Virus record (IMG/VR): IMGVR_UViG_3300035698_004752
Coordinates: 5,704-69,703 of that record
Length of the DNA: 64,000 bases
Direction: 5' to 3' (one strand)
Source of the DNA: a virus
Part shown: positions 1 to 10,219 of the stretch, in pieces
Layout of the letters: every line of letters starts with the position of its first letter
Numbering within the stretch: the stretch's first letter is position 1
Translations under genes and position numbers: made by a program
The notes under the pieces: generated by a model
Seen by the model: only the letters and a program-made list of their open reading frames with translations
Database searches by the model: none
What the model was told of the DNA's origin: nothing

Positions 1-11
1 CAGGAGGTTTA

Positions 12-1421
12 ATGGAAGTAAGTATAGAAAGAGCTATTCTTAGAAATCTCCTAACCAACGAAGATTATATGAGAAAAGTTCTACCGTTTATTCAACCAGA
101 ATATTTTCAAGAAACAGATAGGATTATTTTTCAAGAGACAAAAAACTTTATTACAAAATATAATAAAGCACCAACATTTGAAATGTTCAAAATCGAATTA
201 GACGATGCTGAACACGTTACCGATCAACAATATTCATCGACACTAGAAGAATTACCACAGCTATATTCGTCTGAAGAAACGGATCAAGAATGGCTTATGG
301 AAACAACAGAACGCTGGTGTCAGGATCGAGCACTTTTCAATGCTGTCATGGAATCACTTACGATTATTGATGGTAAACATAAAGAACTAACTAAAAACGC
401 TTTGCCTGAACTTTTGAGTACGGCGCTATCAGTTTCATTTGATACAAATATTGGTCACGATTTTATTGAAGCTGCAGATGATAGATATGAATATTATCAT
501 CGAGAAGAAGAAAGAATTCCGTTTGATATTGAAATTCTTAATATTATTACCGGCGGTGGATTACCCAGAAAAACACTAAATGTTATTCTTGCTGGAACTA
601 ACGTCGGTAAATCTATGGCGATGTGCCACTTTGCTTCGTCAAATTTGGTTCGGGGTCTTAATGTTCTTTATATTACTGCAGAAATGGCTGAAGAAAAAAT
701 TGCTGAACGTATTGACGCAAATCTTCTTGATGTTGATATACCTCAAATTAAACATATGTCGAAAGAGATGTTTACGAGTAAGGTATCAGATTTAAAAAGA
801 AAGACGTCCGGTAAATTAATTATTAAGGAGTATCCTACAGGTCAAGCAAATGCTGGACACTTCAGAGCACTTTTAAAAGAACTTAAACTAAAAAAGAACT
901 TCACCCCAGATATCATTTATATTGATTATCTCAATATCTGTGCATCATCTAGAATGAAAGGTGCTGCTGCAGCCTCTAACTCATATGGTTATATAAAGGC
1001 TGTTGCAGAAGAATTAAGAGGATTGGCTGTAGAGAATAATCTACCTATTGTAACTGCAACACAAACAAATAGATCTGGCTTTTCAAATAGTGATGTCGGT
1101 CTTGAAGATACATCAGAATCTTTTGGATTACCGGCAACGGCAGACTTTATGTTCGCTCTTATTACAACGGAAGAATTACAACAATTAGGTCAATTATTAA
1201 TAAAACAGTTAAAGAATAGGTATGCTGATGTATTAGCATTTAAGAAATTTGTAATTGGGGTAGATCGAGCAAAAATGAGGTTGTTTGACGTAAATGACGA
1301 TCAACAAGATCTTGTTAATGATACCCCAGATTATGATAAAGCAAGTGCTGGTAAATTACAAAAATTTGAAAATTTTAAAATAGACGACGAACAAGATGTC
1401 GTTGTTATAGATGAGGAATAA
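12..1421 (+). CDS. 41: T4 gp41-like replicative DNA helicase (DnaB family)
   Basis: Walker A AGTNVGKS; ITAEMAEEKI, IIKEYPTG, YIDYLNIC, TATQTNRSG, TSESFGLPATAD and KQLKNRY motifs typical of T4-like gp41. Confidence 0.96.
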   Translation: MEVSIERAILRNLLTNEDYMRKVLPFIQPEYFQETDRIIFQETKNFITKYNKAPTFEMFKIELDDAEHVTDQQYSSTLEELPQLYSSEETDQEWLMETTERWCQDRALFNAVMESLTIIDGKHKELTKNALPELLSTALSVSFDTNIGHDFIEAADDRYEYYHREEERIPFDIEILNIITGGGLPRKTLNVILAGTNVGKSMAMCHFASSNLVRGLNVLYITAEMAEEKIAERIDANLLDVDIPQIKHMSKEMFTSKVSDLKRKTSGKLIIKEYPTGQANAGHFRALLKELKLKKNFTPDIIYIDYLNICASSRMKGAAAASNSYGYIKAVAEELRGLAVENNLPIVTATQTNRSGFSNSDVGLEDTSESFGLPATADFMFALITTEELQQLGQLLIKQLKNRYADVLAFKKFVIGVDRAKMRLFDVNDDQQDLVNDTPDYDKASAGKLQKFENFKIDDEQDVVVIDEE

Positions 1422-1424
1422 ATT

Positions 1425-1712
1425 ATGGGTAAGAAAAGACTACGTCAAAAGTACACATCTAAAGGCGAACGCCACAGTGTGTCACGCGAAAAAGTAAAAG
1501 GACAACGCCGCGATTACATGGCGTCAGGTTCCAGAATCATGAACCAGTTGATTGCGTTTCATAAAGGTAAGAAGGTTATGCTTACTATTGAAAACCCAAA
1601 CAAGACTGAAACAAATAAACGTTTCATTCGTGTTGATGCAAAGACTGTTTGGAAAGTAGACGACTGGAATACTAAGGATAAGAAACCAGCTGCAGGGGAG
1701 TACGCTACATGA
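1425..1712 (+). CDS. Small basic hypothetical protein
   Basis: ORF packed between gp41 and thyX with RBS gagga. Confidence 0.75.
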   Translation: MGKKRLRQKYTSKGERHSVSREKVKGQRRDYMASGSRIMNQLIAFHKGKKVMLTIENPNKTETNKRFIRVDAKTVWKVDDWNTKDKKPAAGEYAT

Positions 1713-2401
1713 GTAAGGTAACCCTGCTCTGCAGTGACACGGTAAACCCTAATATTAATTTACCAGGCGTTGAATCCCTTCAAGATATCATTGCGTACGC
1801 CGCTCGCGTAAGTAACCCTAGTAATCAGTTGAATACTGATACTAATGATAAATTGATTAAATATCTGATAGATAATGATCACTGGAGTCCGCTAGAAATG
1901 GTTGGCGCGACTCTGGAGATTATCACTACCCGTGATATTGCTCGACAGATTCTTCGTCATCGCTCATTCTCGTTCCAGGAATTCTCACAGCGTTATGCAG
2001 ATCCTACTAAAGATCTATCATTCGTTGAGCGCGAAGCCCGTCTACAAGACCATAAGAATAGACAAAATTCTATAAATATGGACGTAAACGATGAGAAACA
2101 AAAACAGATTGCAGCTCAATGGCATATCCGACAGACTCGACATAATAAGAATGCACAAGATAATTATTCTTGGGCAATAGAAAATGGTATTGCAAAGGAA
2201 CAAGCCCGATCAGTATTGCCTGAGGGTAATACGGTTTCTAAACTTTATATGAAAGGTACCATTCGTTCTTGGGTTCATTATGTGAATTTAAGATCGGGAC
2301 ACGGCACGCAAAAAGAACATAGGGAAATTGCACTTGGGTGTGCAGAAGCTTTATCTGGTGTATTCCCGCTAATTAATAATTTTGTAGAGAAGGAGACTTA
2401 A
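1709..2401 (+). CDS. thyX: Flavin-dependent thymidylate synthase
   Basis: HWSPLE, RQILRHRSFSFQEFSQRY ThyX signature, EQARSVLP, TQKEHR. Confidence 0.96.
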   Translation: MSKVTLLCSDTVNPNINLPGVESLQDIIAYAARVSNPSNQLNTDTNDKLIKYLIDNDHWSPLEMVGATLEIITTRDIARQILRHRSFSFQEFSQRYADPTKDLSFVEREARLQDHKNRQNSINMDVNDEKQKQIAAQWHIRQTRHNKNAQDNYSWAIENGIAKEQARSVLPEGNTVSKLYMKGTIRSWVHYVNLRSGHGTQKEHREIALGCAEALSGVFPLINNFVEKET

Positions 2402-2610
2402 TGTCTAGAATAATCTCAACCCATAAAGCAGAAAATAGCCAAGGTAAGGCTATTGTTAAACTCGATGAAAAAACGGGTAACTATAACATCGAATATTTTG
2501 ACGGTGTTGGTAATAAATTCTTTGATGAGGAATTTGCTGGAGATCCGGTAAATATTGTCGAAGATAAAGCTGAAAATTGGGCGCTTGGCTATAAACCTCT
2601 TATGGAATAA
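2401..2610 (+). CDS. Hypothetical protein
   Basis: RBS aggag, abuts thyX. Confidence 0.7.
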   Translation: MSRIISTHKAENSQGKAIVKLDEKTGNYNIEYFDGVGNKFFDEEFAGDPVNIVEDKAENWALGYKPLME

Positions 2611-2673
2611 ATAACCAAAAGGGGGTTTACATTCTACTCCAGAACACTTATATTAGTACTATAGGAGCAGAAA

Positions 2674-3117
2674 ATGAACAAACTTAAAATAGCAGCAGTG
2701 TCCTTAGTCCTCGGACTGGGGACACCAGTTTTAGCAGATTCAGCAGATGAAATCAAATGTCTCGCTGATAACATATATTTTGAAGCACGAAGCGAAGATA
2801 TAGATGGTCAAGTCGCAGTGGCTTGGGTAACTCTTAATCGTAGAGATGCTAATGGATTTCGCGATACAGTATGTAAAGTAGTTTGGCAAACAGAACAATT
2901 CAGCTGGACCCATGATGGTAAATCTGATATTCCAGCAGAGCCAATTGCATATCAAATCGCTTATACCATCGCAAAAGATTTATATGAAAATTATGAATAT
3001 TTTGATGATCCTACATATGGAGCTACATATTATCACGCTAATTACGCAAACCCCTATTGGGTCCCTAGTTTTGATAGAGTCGCCATAATAGGTAAACATA
3101 TTTTTTACAGAGGATAA
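2674..3117 (+). CDS. Cell wall hydrolase (SleB/Hydrolase_2 family)
   Basis: Signal peptide; CLADNIYFEARSE, VAWVTLNR, QFSWT, GATYYHA, IGKHIFY. Confidence 0.9.
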   Translation: MNKLKIAAVSLVLGLGTPVLADSADEIKCLADNIYFEARSEDIDGQVAVAWVTLNRRDANGFRDTVCKVVWQTEQFSWTHDGKSDIPAEPIAYQIAYTIAKDLYENYEYFDDPTYGATYYHANYANPYWVPSFDRVAIIGKHIFYRG

Positions 3118-3291
3118 CATGGCAGCATATCAAAATTCCGGTGGGGACTACGACAATATTAGATTTCAATTTTCTCATGAAAAAAGAAATGTTTTAATTG
3201 GTTATTGTGATAATGGTGAGAAGATTGAAATTACAGGCAACTATTTGTTGCTTCAAAAAATTTATGAAAAAGAAAGAATATTGATTAAAGC

Positions 3292-3540
3292 ATGATAAAA
3301 GAAAAAAAGAAAATTGTATCAACAGGATTGTCAACATCCTATTATGAACTACCCGATCACGCGAGCGAACTACGACATTTAATATCACACAAAGCGATGA
3401 GTAAGTCACGCGGTGATATTTTTAAATCGTGTTATCGACTCGGGGAAAAGGACGGTGCATCGACATTATATGATTTGAATAAAATCAAATTCTTTGCGCA
3501 AGACCTAATTGAAATGCATGAACGCGGGGAACATCTATGA
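3292..3540 (+). CDS. DUF3310-like phage protein
   Basis: GDIFKSCYRLGEK...DLNKIKFF resembles the DUF3310 GN-K-Y-R-G-K...DL-KA pattern. Confidence 0.5.
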   Translation: MIKEKKKIVSTGLSTSYYELPDHASELRHLISHKAMSKSRGDIFKSCYRLGEKDGASTLYDLNKIKFFAQDLIEMHERGEHL

Positions 3541-3797
3541 ATATAGATCGAGCGGGTCAGCTAACAAGAAATGTTGCTTTCCAGCAAAAGAATAATTGGA
3601 GAGAAGCCCCATGTAAAGAAATGACCTATGAACATATAGAAGATATGTGGTTTCGTTGGTCTAGAGATTCCAAAAGCATGAGCGACACTAAAAAATGTAG
3701 ATGGTTAGGTTGGATGCAAGCAACCATTGTAGCTGCAACCTATCCATATACCGATTTAGAAGTTATGAAAAATATTAATAAAGATTGCGCCGGATGA
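3537..3797 (+). CDS. Hypothetical protein
   Basis: Overlapping ATGA coupling with upstream ORF. Confidence 0.65.
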   Translation: MNIDRAGQLTRNVAFQQKNNWREAPCKEMTYEHIEDMWFRWSRDSKSMSDTKKCRWLGWMQATIVAATYPYTDLEVMKNINKDCAG

Positions 3798-3935
3798 AAA
3801 AATATTGGGTAATTGGTACCGATCAAGCTGGTGAATATGTAGCTGGATATGTTGAATTTGAGGATGAAGCAAAAGGTTGGGAAGATCGCGGATATGAAAT
3901 AGTCCACCAAAAAGATAAACCCTATATTTGGTAAA

Positions 3936-3986
3936 TGGGGGTTTACAATCCACTTAGAGTGTGATATTATATAAATAATATAAATA
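3936..3986 (+). promoter_or_regulatory. Sigma70-type promoter (TTTACA-17-TATTAT) overlapping two T4-type late promoters (TATAAATA) upstream of tmRNA
   Basis: ggggTTTACAatccacttagagtgtgaTATTAT; TATAAATA at 3970 and 3979. Confidence 0.7.
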
Positions 3987-4029
3987 GAGTATTACTCTAA
4001 AGTTAGGATTTAGAAATGATAAGTTTCCC

Positions 4030-4402
4030 TTAAACGGGAATATGTAGTCGATGAAACGACACAAAGATGTTCTGGACCTGGGGGCGGTACCCAGCGACTC
4101 CACCATGAATATTATTACCTCTCTTCCAAGAGTAGAAGATGGATGAGGAAAAGAGGTCCCTAGCGGGATACATAATAGATACGGCTATGCTGCCTGAGCT
4201 ACGCTGTTGAAGTAAAATAATATTTTTGCTGGGGTCGAAATAGGATCGACAGGCGTTGGGGATGAAGTGGAGATTACTGGATGAGCACACCATATCGGCT
4301 CAAAACACGTAAGTGCAAACGATAACAAAGCACCTATGGAACTACGCCTAGCAGCGTGATTCTATGGGGTATGAGTTCCACCTAGCAACAGAACGGGCTC
4401 AC
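4030..4402 (+). ncRNA. ssrA: Circularly permuted two-piece tmRNA (alphaproteobacterial type), tag ANDNKAPMELRLAA*
   Basis: Acceptor piece ends CGACTCC-A-CCA at 4105; coding piece starts GGGGTCGAAATAGGATCGAC at 4231 (G3-U70); tag frame 4315-4359; outer boundaries approximate. Confidence 0.93.
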
Positions 4403-4421
4403 AAATTCACGGAGATATATT

Positions 4422-4607
4422 ATGGATAAAGAATGGTTTGAAAACGCCACTTATTTGGTGTTGTTAAATAAACAGAGGTTTGCTCCTATGGGAGATCCTA
4501 TGTTTTCTGACCCTGAACAATATAAAATGTTCCAGGAAGAAATTAAAAAGAAATACCCAGGGCCAGTGGAACATACTGCTGCGTCTAAACAAATTGGATG
4601 GAATTAG
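4422..4607 (+). CDS. Hypothetical protein
   Basis: RBS ggag, ORF. Confidence 0.6.
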   Translation: MDKEWFENATYLVLLNKQRFAPMGDPMFSDPEQYKMFQEEIKKKYPGPVEHTAASKQIGWN

Positions 4608-4610
4608 ATT

Positions 4611-4862
4611 ATGAGTGAAACAGAAAGTCAATATCGAGTAACCGCTGGAGAACTTCGCAGTTTTATAGAACGTTATGAACGACTTGAATCTGAGCGAAAA
4701 GATCTCTTGGACCAAGAGAAGGAGGTGATGGCCGAGGCCAAATCTCGTGGGTATGATACTAAGATTATCCGCATGTTGGTAGCACTTCGGAAGAAAGATC
4801 CTCAGTCAGTTTCTGAAACCGAAGCCATTCTTGAACTTTACAAAGAAGCGTTGGGAATGTGA
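4611..4862 (+). CDS. gapR: GapR/DUF2312 nucleoid-associated DNA-binding protein
   Basis: ELRSFIERYERLE-E-KD...KEVMAEAKSRGYD-KI-R-LVALRK...EAILELYKEALGM. Confidence 0.9.
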   Translation: MSETESQYRVTAGELRSFIERYERLESERKDLLDQEKEVMAEAKSRGYDTKIIRMLVALRKKDPQSVSETEAILELYKEALGM

Positions 4863-4956
4863 TAAAATAGTCACATGAAGAATTTGTCTCATTATTGAAC
4901 GGAGTATTGGGACATAAATAAATCCGTTACCAAATCATCAAACACAAAAGGAATTT

Positions 4957-5310
4957 ATGATGAAAAATGTACTATTGGCAGCAGTTGCTGTTCTCGGACT
5001 CGCTGGTGTAGCTTCTACTGCAAGTGCTTTCGATCTTGGTTATGATTTTGCTCTTGACAATACTGTCGCAGCAGAATATAATGTCACTACTGAAGAGCTT
5101 GCTGTAAACTATACCGCAAATCTTAATTACTCATATGACGATTTCTCTGTTTATGCAGAAACCGTTTTTGATCTACAGGACATCGATTTTGGCGTAGCTG
5201 AACTTGGCGTTGAATATTCTGCAGAGGGTGTAACTCTATATGGTTATACTACGGTTGATGCAGATGTAAATTGGGGCGACTTCTATGTCGGTGCCTCACT
5301 CGAATTCTAG
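4957..5310 (+). CDS. Exported porin-like/outer-membrane beta-strand protein
   Basis: Ala-rich signal peptide, alternating amphipathic strands, C-terminal YVGASLEF with terminal Phe. Confidence 0.6.
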   Translation: MMKNVLLAAVAVLGLAGVASTASAFDLGYDFALDNTVAAEYNVTTEELAVNYTANLNYSYDDFSVYAETVFDLQDIDFGVAELGVEYSAEGVTLYGYTTVDADVNWGDFYVGASLEF

Positions 5311-5355
5311 CACCTCCTCCGTTACTAGAATGGGTTGATCGCTTAATAGATCCGC

Positions 5356-5385
5356 GGGAAGCCAACGGTTAGCTTCCCATTTTTA
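5356..5385 (+). terminator. Intrinsic terminator
   Basis: gggaagc-caacggtta-gcttccc followed by T run. Confidence 0.75.
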
Positions 5386-5416
5386 TGCGTGATAAATAGA
5401 ATAAACAGGATGTTAC

Positions 5417-6055
5417 ATGACTCTTTTAATTACAATAATATTAGGTATAATATGGTCTGAGATTATTTCACATTTTGGAGCATCAATTCTATTACATAGA
5501 CACTATTGTCATAAACAGTTTGATGTTCCAGTTTGGTTTGAAAACGTAGGACTCTTTATGTTAATGGTTGCTGTGATCAGATCGCCTATTGGTTGGATCG
5601 CATCACACAGAATGCACCATGCTTACTCTGGAACAGAAAAAGATCCTCATGCCCCAGCTCATGTCGGCTTTTGGAAAGTACTTTCCACTACTTGGTCAGT
5701 TCCAAAAATACCCTTAAAATATGCTCGAGATTTATATAAAAATCCACGACTTGTGTTTTGTCATAAACATTGGTTTAAGATAGCTGCTGTCATATGGATA
5801 GTAACATTTCTTATTAGTCCATATCTCTTTTTAGGTTTTGTTTTAATACCATTCATCGTTGCAAAAATAGGTTTTGGTTTAATCAACACAGCGTGTCATG
5901 TAGATCCAACTGAAGTACGCAATGTCCCAATCTTGAATCTAATTGTCGCGGGCGAGGGATATCACAAAAATCATCATGATAATTATAGACGTATTAGATT
6001 AGGAAAATACGACATTGGAGGTTACCTTGCTGAAAAGTTCTTCGTTAAAAAATAA
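5417..6055 (+). CDS. Membrane fatty acid desaturase (delta-9 type)
   Basis: Three His boxes HRHYCH, HRMHH, GEGYHKNHH; DPH motif; hydrophobic segments. Confidence 0.9.
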   Translation: MTLLITIILGIIWSEIISHFGASILLHRHYCHKQFDVPVWFENVGLFMLMVAVIRSPIGWIASHRMHHAYSGTEKDPHAPAHVGFWKVLSTTWSVPKIPLKYARDLYKNPRLVFCHKHWFKIAAVIWIVTFLISPYLFLGFVLIPFIVAKIGFGLINTACHVDPTEVRNVPILNLIVAGEGYHKNHHDNYRRIRLGKYDIGGYLAEKFFVKK

Positions 6056-6872
6056 TCAATATGTGTTTGCCCCAACGAGTGATAGTATAAAAAAGACCCT
6101 AGATACAATATCTCTCGGCGATACGTATCCTAGACCAAAACAGATCGAAGATTATTTAGCATATGTTCTATTTCACCACAGAAAATGGATAAGTGATATT
6201 GTAGATACCGCGGACTTTGAATATTCTTATATAACAGCCGGAGCTACTGAAGCTATAAATCTGTGGAAATTATCAGAAACCAGACCATGGCAATCTTTGA
6301 TAGGAGATTACGAATGGCCACATATGGTCGGTGGCGTTGGGTATAAAGTAACTCTCGATCACTTATGGTCTAATAAAGTTCTTTATATAAGTAATCCGTC
6401 TGCTATAGATGGTAACTTTCTTTCTGATGAAGATATAGATGCTATTGATGCTATCGGGTGTCCTGTTATTCTAGATTGCGCTTACGTTGGTTCCACAGAA
6501 ATACGTCAAACGCGCATTCCTAAAAATACCGAACAAATCATGTTTAGTTTTAGTAAGGGGTGGGGTCTTATCGGTCAAAGAGCTGGAGTTGTATATTCAA
6601 AGAAACCCCACGCTACATTAAAACATACCCAGTCATTTGGTTGCTGGAATTATGCAACTACAGAACTTATTGATGAAATTATGGAGCGATATCCGCCCGA
6701 TTATTTACACGAACTTTTAATACCATATCAATTATTAGTTTGTCAAAAATATGATTTAGAACCTAGTGATTCTTGTATTATTGCTACATCAGAGGATAAG
6801 TATTATATAAGAAGACGAAGAAATGGAACTAAAGCACGATTGTGCATAACCCCATTATTGGAGGAATTATGA
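6015..6872 (+). CDS. PLP-dependent aminotransferase-like enzyme (fold type I)
   Basis: GATEAI, ISNPS, LDCAY, SFSKGWGLIGQRAG PLP-lysine motif; start codon uncertain. Confidence 0.75.
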   Translation: MEVTLLKSSSLKNNQYVFAPTSDSIKKTLDTISLGDTYPRPKQIEDYLAYVLFHHRKWISDIVDTADFEYSYITAGATEAINLWKLSETRPWQSLIGDYEWPHMVGGVGYKVTLDHLWSNKVLYISNPSAIDGNFLSDEDIDAIDAIGCPVILDCAYVGSTEIRQTRIPKNTEQIMFSFSKGWGLIGQRAGVVYSKKPHATLKHTQSFGCWNYATTELIDEIMERYPPDYLHELLIPYQLLVCQKYDLEPSDSCIIATSEDKYYIRRRRNGTKARLCITPLLEEL

Positions 6873-7489
6873 GAAGAAAATATCAATTACCGGCATATGA
6901 AAGTCTAGATCAAATTAAGATAGATTTACCAAAATTACAAAAAGCGTGTGATGAAATTTCTAATAAATTTATTGATGTCATGACTGCTAATCCTGCCCTA
7001 TGTGAAAACCACGCAGAATTGGTGAAGAACGTATATGATAATTTTGAACAGATTAACTTAACTGAATTAGACGGACCCCCTTTAGAATTCACTGATAATA
7101 TTAAAGAACGAATTCGAAGAAAAGAAGAAGCGCTTTATAAAAAACCGACTGAAGATTTCATTGATAGTTATTTTCAAGAAATCACAGATCAGTTTCTCGC
7201 GCCCGTCATGCGCGTAAGAATAACAAAATTGGCGCCTCAAACAGAAATACCTATGCATATTGATTATGACCCAACATATGCAGTAAGAATTATTGTACCA
7301 ATTTATACAAACTTTGAAGTTAAAAATGCGTTCAAAGTAAGAAATCATTTGTTTGATACTCATCTTGAAGCAGGTAAAGCGTATTTCTTGAACACAGGAT
7401 TTGCTCATGCAGTTTATAATAATAGTGATAAACCTAGAATTGCTCTAATGTTTAGTTTGGACGGACAAGATGACCTCGCAGCTATTTGA
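6869..7489 (+). CDS. Asp/Asn beta-hydroxylase-like 2OG-Fe(II) oxygenase
   Basis: RVRITKLAP-T-IPMHID...NTGFAHAVYN...RIALMF; ATG 6869 with RBS ggagg. Confidence 0.8.
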   Translation: MRRKYQLPAYESLDQIKIDLPKLQKACDEISNKFIDVMTANPALCENHAELVKNVYDNFEQINLTELDGPPLEFTDNIKERIRRKEEALYKKPTEDFIDSYFQEITDQFLAPVMRVRITKLAPQTEIPMHIDYDPTYAVRIIVPIYTNFEVKNAFKVRNHLFDTHLEAGKAYFLNTGFAHAVYNNSDKPRIALMFSLDGQDDLAAI

Positions 7490-8258
7490 TTACAATAAAC
7501 CCCATTTAGAACATATTGCAGCCGTTATACAGTCGACGGGTTATGTCGTATATAATGAGCAAGATCTTGATGAAAGAAAATTTATCGATTTATGTAAGCG
7601 ATTTGGTGAATGTGAAGCCCCTGGTTTATTCATGAATCCTAAAGAATATCCAGAAATATTTCTTGTAACGGGTAAACGTGTAGACGGCGAGAAAATTGGT
7701 ATGTTCGGTGACACTGAACTTGGTTGGCACAGTAATGGGAACTCTCGACACAATATAGATAAAATTCTTATCGGTCTATATTGCGTTGAAGAGGATATTA
7801 ATACTACATTAAGTGTCTGCCAGACGTCAGATCCATTTTACGATCTCCCTGCTGAAGAACGAGATTATTGGTGCGACATTAAAATCCGATTAAAATTTCA
7901 AAATAACACAATGTATCACTTAGAAGATGACGATCCTGAGCTGGAATTCATGAGTCAAAATAAAGGTAGTATTAGACCTCTTGTAGGTGTTCATCCGCAT
8001 ACTGGAGATCATTATTTCTATTTTCCATATCATTTTATCACAAAAGCATGGCATGGTAAAACCGTTATTGATCATGTTGAAATGATCGAGAAACTTAAGA
8101 AAATTATTTTCAAATCAAAATATCAATATCATCATATATTTAAAAAAGGAGATTTGTTATTCATGGACCAATTTACTACTCTACATAGACGAACCCCGGT
8201 TCTTGATAAAAACAGACTTCTTTGGCGCATCGCGAGCGATTATAGTAACATATCATGA
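7470..8258 (+). CDS. TauD/TfdA-family dioxygenase
   Basis: LGWHSNG, PLVGVHPHTG, KGDLLFMDQFTTLHRR...RLLWR. Confidence 0.85.
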   Translation: MTSQLFDYNKPHLEHIAAVIQSTGYVVYNEQDLDERKFIDLCKRFGECEAPGLFMNPKEYPEIFLVTGKRVDGEKIGMFGDTELGWHSNGNSRHNIDKILIGLYCVEEDINTTLSVCQTSDPFYDLPAEERDYWCDIKIRLKFQNNTMYHLEDDDPELEFMSQNKGSIRPLVGVHPHTGDHYFYFPYHFITKAWHGKTVIDHVEMIEKLKKIIFKSKYQYHHIFKKGDLLFMDQFTTLHRRTPVLDKNRLLWRIASDYSNIS

Positions 8259-8833
8259 AGCGCGATGTAGAAGCATATTTACTCAAACAGCGACTAATCC
8301 CATCGGATCAATGCTCTGAAATCATTGCAGACTTAGCTTTTGAAAATGTTTGGAGAGAATATCCATATGATAGCCCCTCCCAAAATATATGTGTAACAGA
8401 AAATCCCGAGATCGCATATTATGATGCTAGATTACCGGAAGATCATGATGTATCTAAATTCATCCAAGAAAAAATTAAAAAAGTTGGTGAAGAATACGTC
8501 ACAGATTTCTTGGCAGATCTCCCGTGGTTCTCGTATTTAACTGGAAATAGTCAAGCACATTATATTAAGTACCCAACCGGATCTGGTATGGACACGCATT
8601 GTGACCATGTTAGAAACCAGTTTGATGGGACAAAACGCGGCATCCCTATTTTAACAGCATTGTGCATGTTAAATGATAATTACGAGGGAGGGGAATTAAA
8701 ATTCTGGGAAGACATGTACATAAAACCAAAAGCCGGGGAAATAATAATGTTCCCTTCTAATTTTTTATATCCACACAAAGTTATGCCTGTTACTAAAGGT
8801 ACCAGATATTCATTCGTAGTGTGGTTATGGTAA
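8255..8833 (+). CDS. 2OG-Fe(II) oxygenase (prolyl-4-hydroxylase-like)
   Basis: HCD, LNDNYEGGEL, FPSNFLYPHKV-PVTKGTRYS. Confidence 0.9.
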   Translation: MKRDVEAYLLKQRLIPSDQCSEIIADLAFENVWREYPYDSPSQNICVTENPEIAYYDARLPEDHDVSKFIQEKIKKVGEEYVTDFLADLPWFSYLTGNSQAHYIKYPTGSGMDTHCDHVRNQFDGTKRGIPILTALCMLNDNYEGGELKFWEDMYIKPKAGEIIMFPSNFLYPHKVMPVTKGTRYSFVVWLW

Positions 8834-9627
8834 GGAATACAATGTTAAGACATAGAATAGAAAAACATAAATTAGATTTCAATGATGATGGTACACCCAT
8901 AAGAGGTTATTCCAATTTAGCACCTAAAGATGATAGACCTACATATAACGATCTTCAAATAAATGAGGAATATAAAGGTCATAAAGGTATTGTTTGGACT
9001 CCTCTAGATCTACCAAAACTCGAAGTAGATACAGATCATGTACACGATTTATTGTATGGCGATGCATTAGATAAGCGTTTTCCTAATGCGAAATTTCACT
9101 GTGGCTTTGGTGCTGGTAATGTTTTATTTTTAAAACAAAACTTCTTCACTCATCCATACGGGAATGGTGATTGGTGGGATTGGGTAGACTATGAATTACC
9201 CCACGTTAAAGAATATATTGAAAAATTACCATTCACTCATATACGACAACTTGCATTCGTCGCACCCCCGAAAGAAACTATTCCTCATTACGATGAACCT
9301 TTTAGCGCGACCCCGATTCTTAGAAAACAGTCTCCGTCGTGTTACAGAATAAGGTGGAGTCGAGTTACTGAGCCTGAAAAGGAAGTTTTCTTTATGACAA
9401 AGGACAGTGGTGCCACTAAAATATACCCAGTATTACCAGAGGAAACCGATGCATTTGTCTATGATGGTTCTGTATATGAACACGGTGCTGATGAAGGTTT
9501 TAAAATGAGAGATAGGTGTCAAATCATCATATCAGGAATATTGGATGTAGAAAAGCATAACGCTATTTTAGATAGAAGTATTAAACGCTTTCCAGATCAT
9601 GTGTTGTATGACCATGATTTTAGATAA
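8827..9627 (+). CDS. Putative 2OG-Fe(II)/DSBH oxygenase
   Basis: IPHYDE ... YEHGAD ... R arrangement. Confidence 0.55.
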   Translation: MVRNTMLRHRIEKHKLDFNDDGTPIRGYSNLAPKDDRPTYNDLQINEEYKGHKGIVWTPLDLPKLEVDTDHVHDLLYGDALDKRFPNAKFHCGFGAGNVLFLKQNFFTHPYGNGDWWDWVDYELPHVKEYIEKLPFTHIRQLAFVAPPKETIPHYDEPFSATPILRKQSPSCYRIRWSRVTEPEKEVFFMTKDSGATKIYPVLPEETDAFVYDGSVYEHGADEGFKMRDRCQIIISGILDVEKHNAILDRSIKRFPDHVLYDHDFR

Positions 9628-10219
9628 TCAAATAGTAAATAAATATCTAATTGAAGTTCCTGAATTTGTGGATCTGTTACCACCCAAAGAAGAACTTTGG
9701 TCGTTACGTGCTGAATTGCTTTCCCAAGATCAGAGATCGTGGGACGGTCAGACGTGGTATAGGGTCCGCGACAAAAGAATCTTTGATGGAATATCTCATA
9801 TAAACAGAGATTTTGTTGAAGGCGAGACGACTATAGATCCATATCTCACGGTTAAACATGAGGGTAAATGGATGCGTCCCCATATAGACAACGCGCCCGG
9901 CCGCAATGCTGTAGTCATATATCCTATTGAACCTAATGATTATGATATTGTTTTTACGGATAATATTGAAGAAGGAATGGATAAGATTGGTTCTGATTTT
10001 TACACCAGACCATATGAGGATGACGTTCCATATGATTATAATGTAATTTATAAACACACGTATAGATGTCCGACGATATTAAACACGAAACACCCTCATG
10101 CGGTCTTAGATAAACGCGAAAGAAAAATGCTCTCGTTCAGAATTTATTTTGGAAATGAAGATTGGGAATTTGAAGATGTAGTAGATCTTTATAATAGCGG
10201 AAATATGTTTAATGAGTGA
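9599..10219 (+). CDS. Putative 2OG-Fe(II)/DSBH oxygenase
   Basis: RPHID ... ILNTKHPHAV ... RKMLSF. Confidence 0.6.
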   Translation: MCCMTMILDNQIVNKYLIEVPEFVDLLPPKEELWSLRAELLSQDQRSWDGQTWYRVRDKRIFDGISHINRDFVEGETTIDPYLTVKHEGKWMRPHIDNAPGRNAVVIYPIEPNDYDIVFTDNIEEGMDKIGSDFYTRPYEDDVPYDYNVIYKHTYRCPTILNTKHPHAVLDKRERKMLSFRIYFGNEDWEFEDVVDLYNSGNMFNE

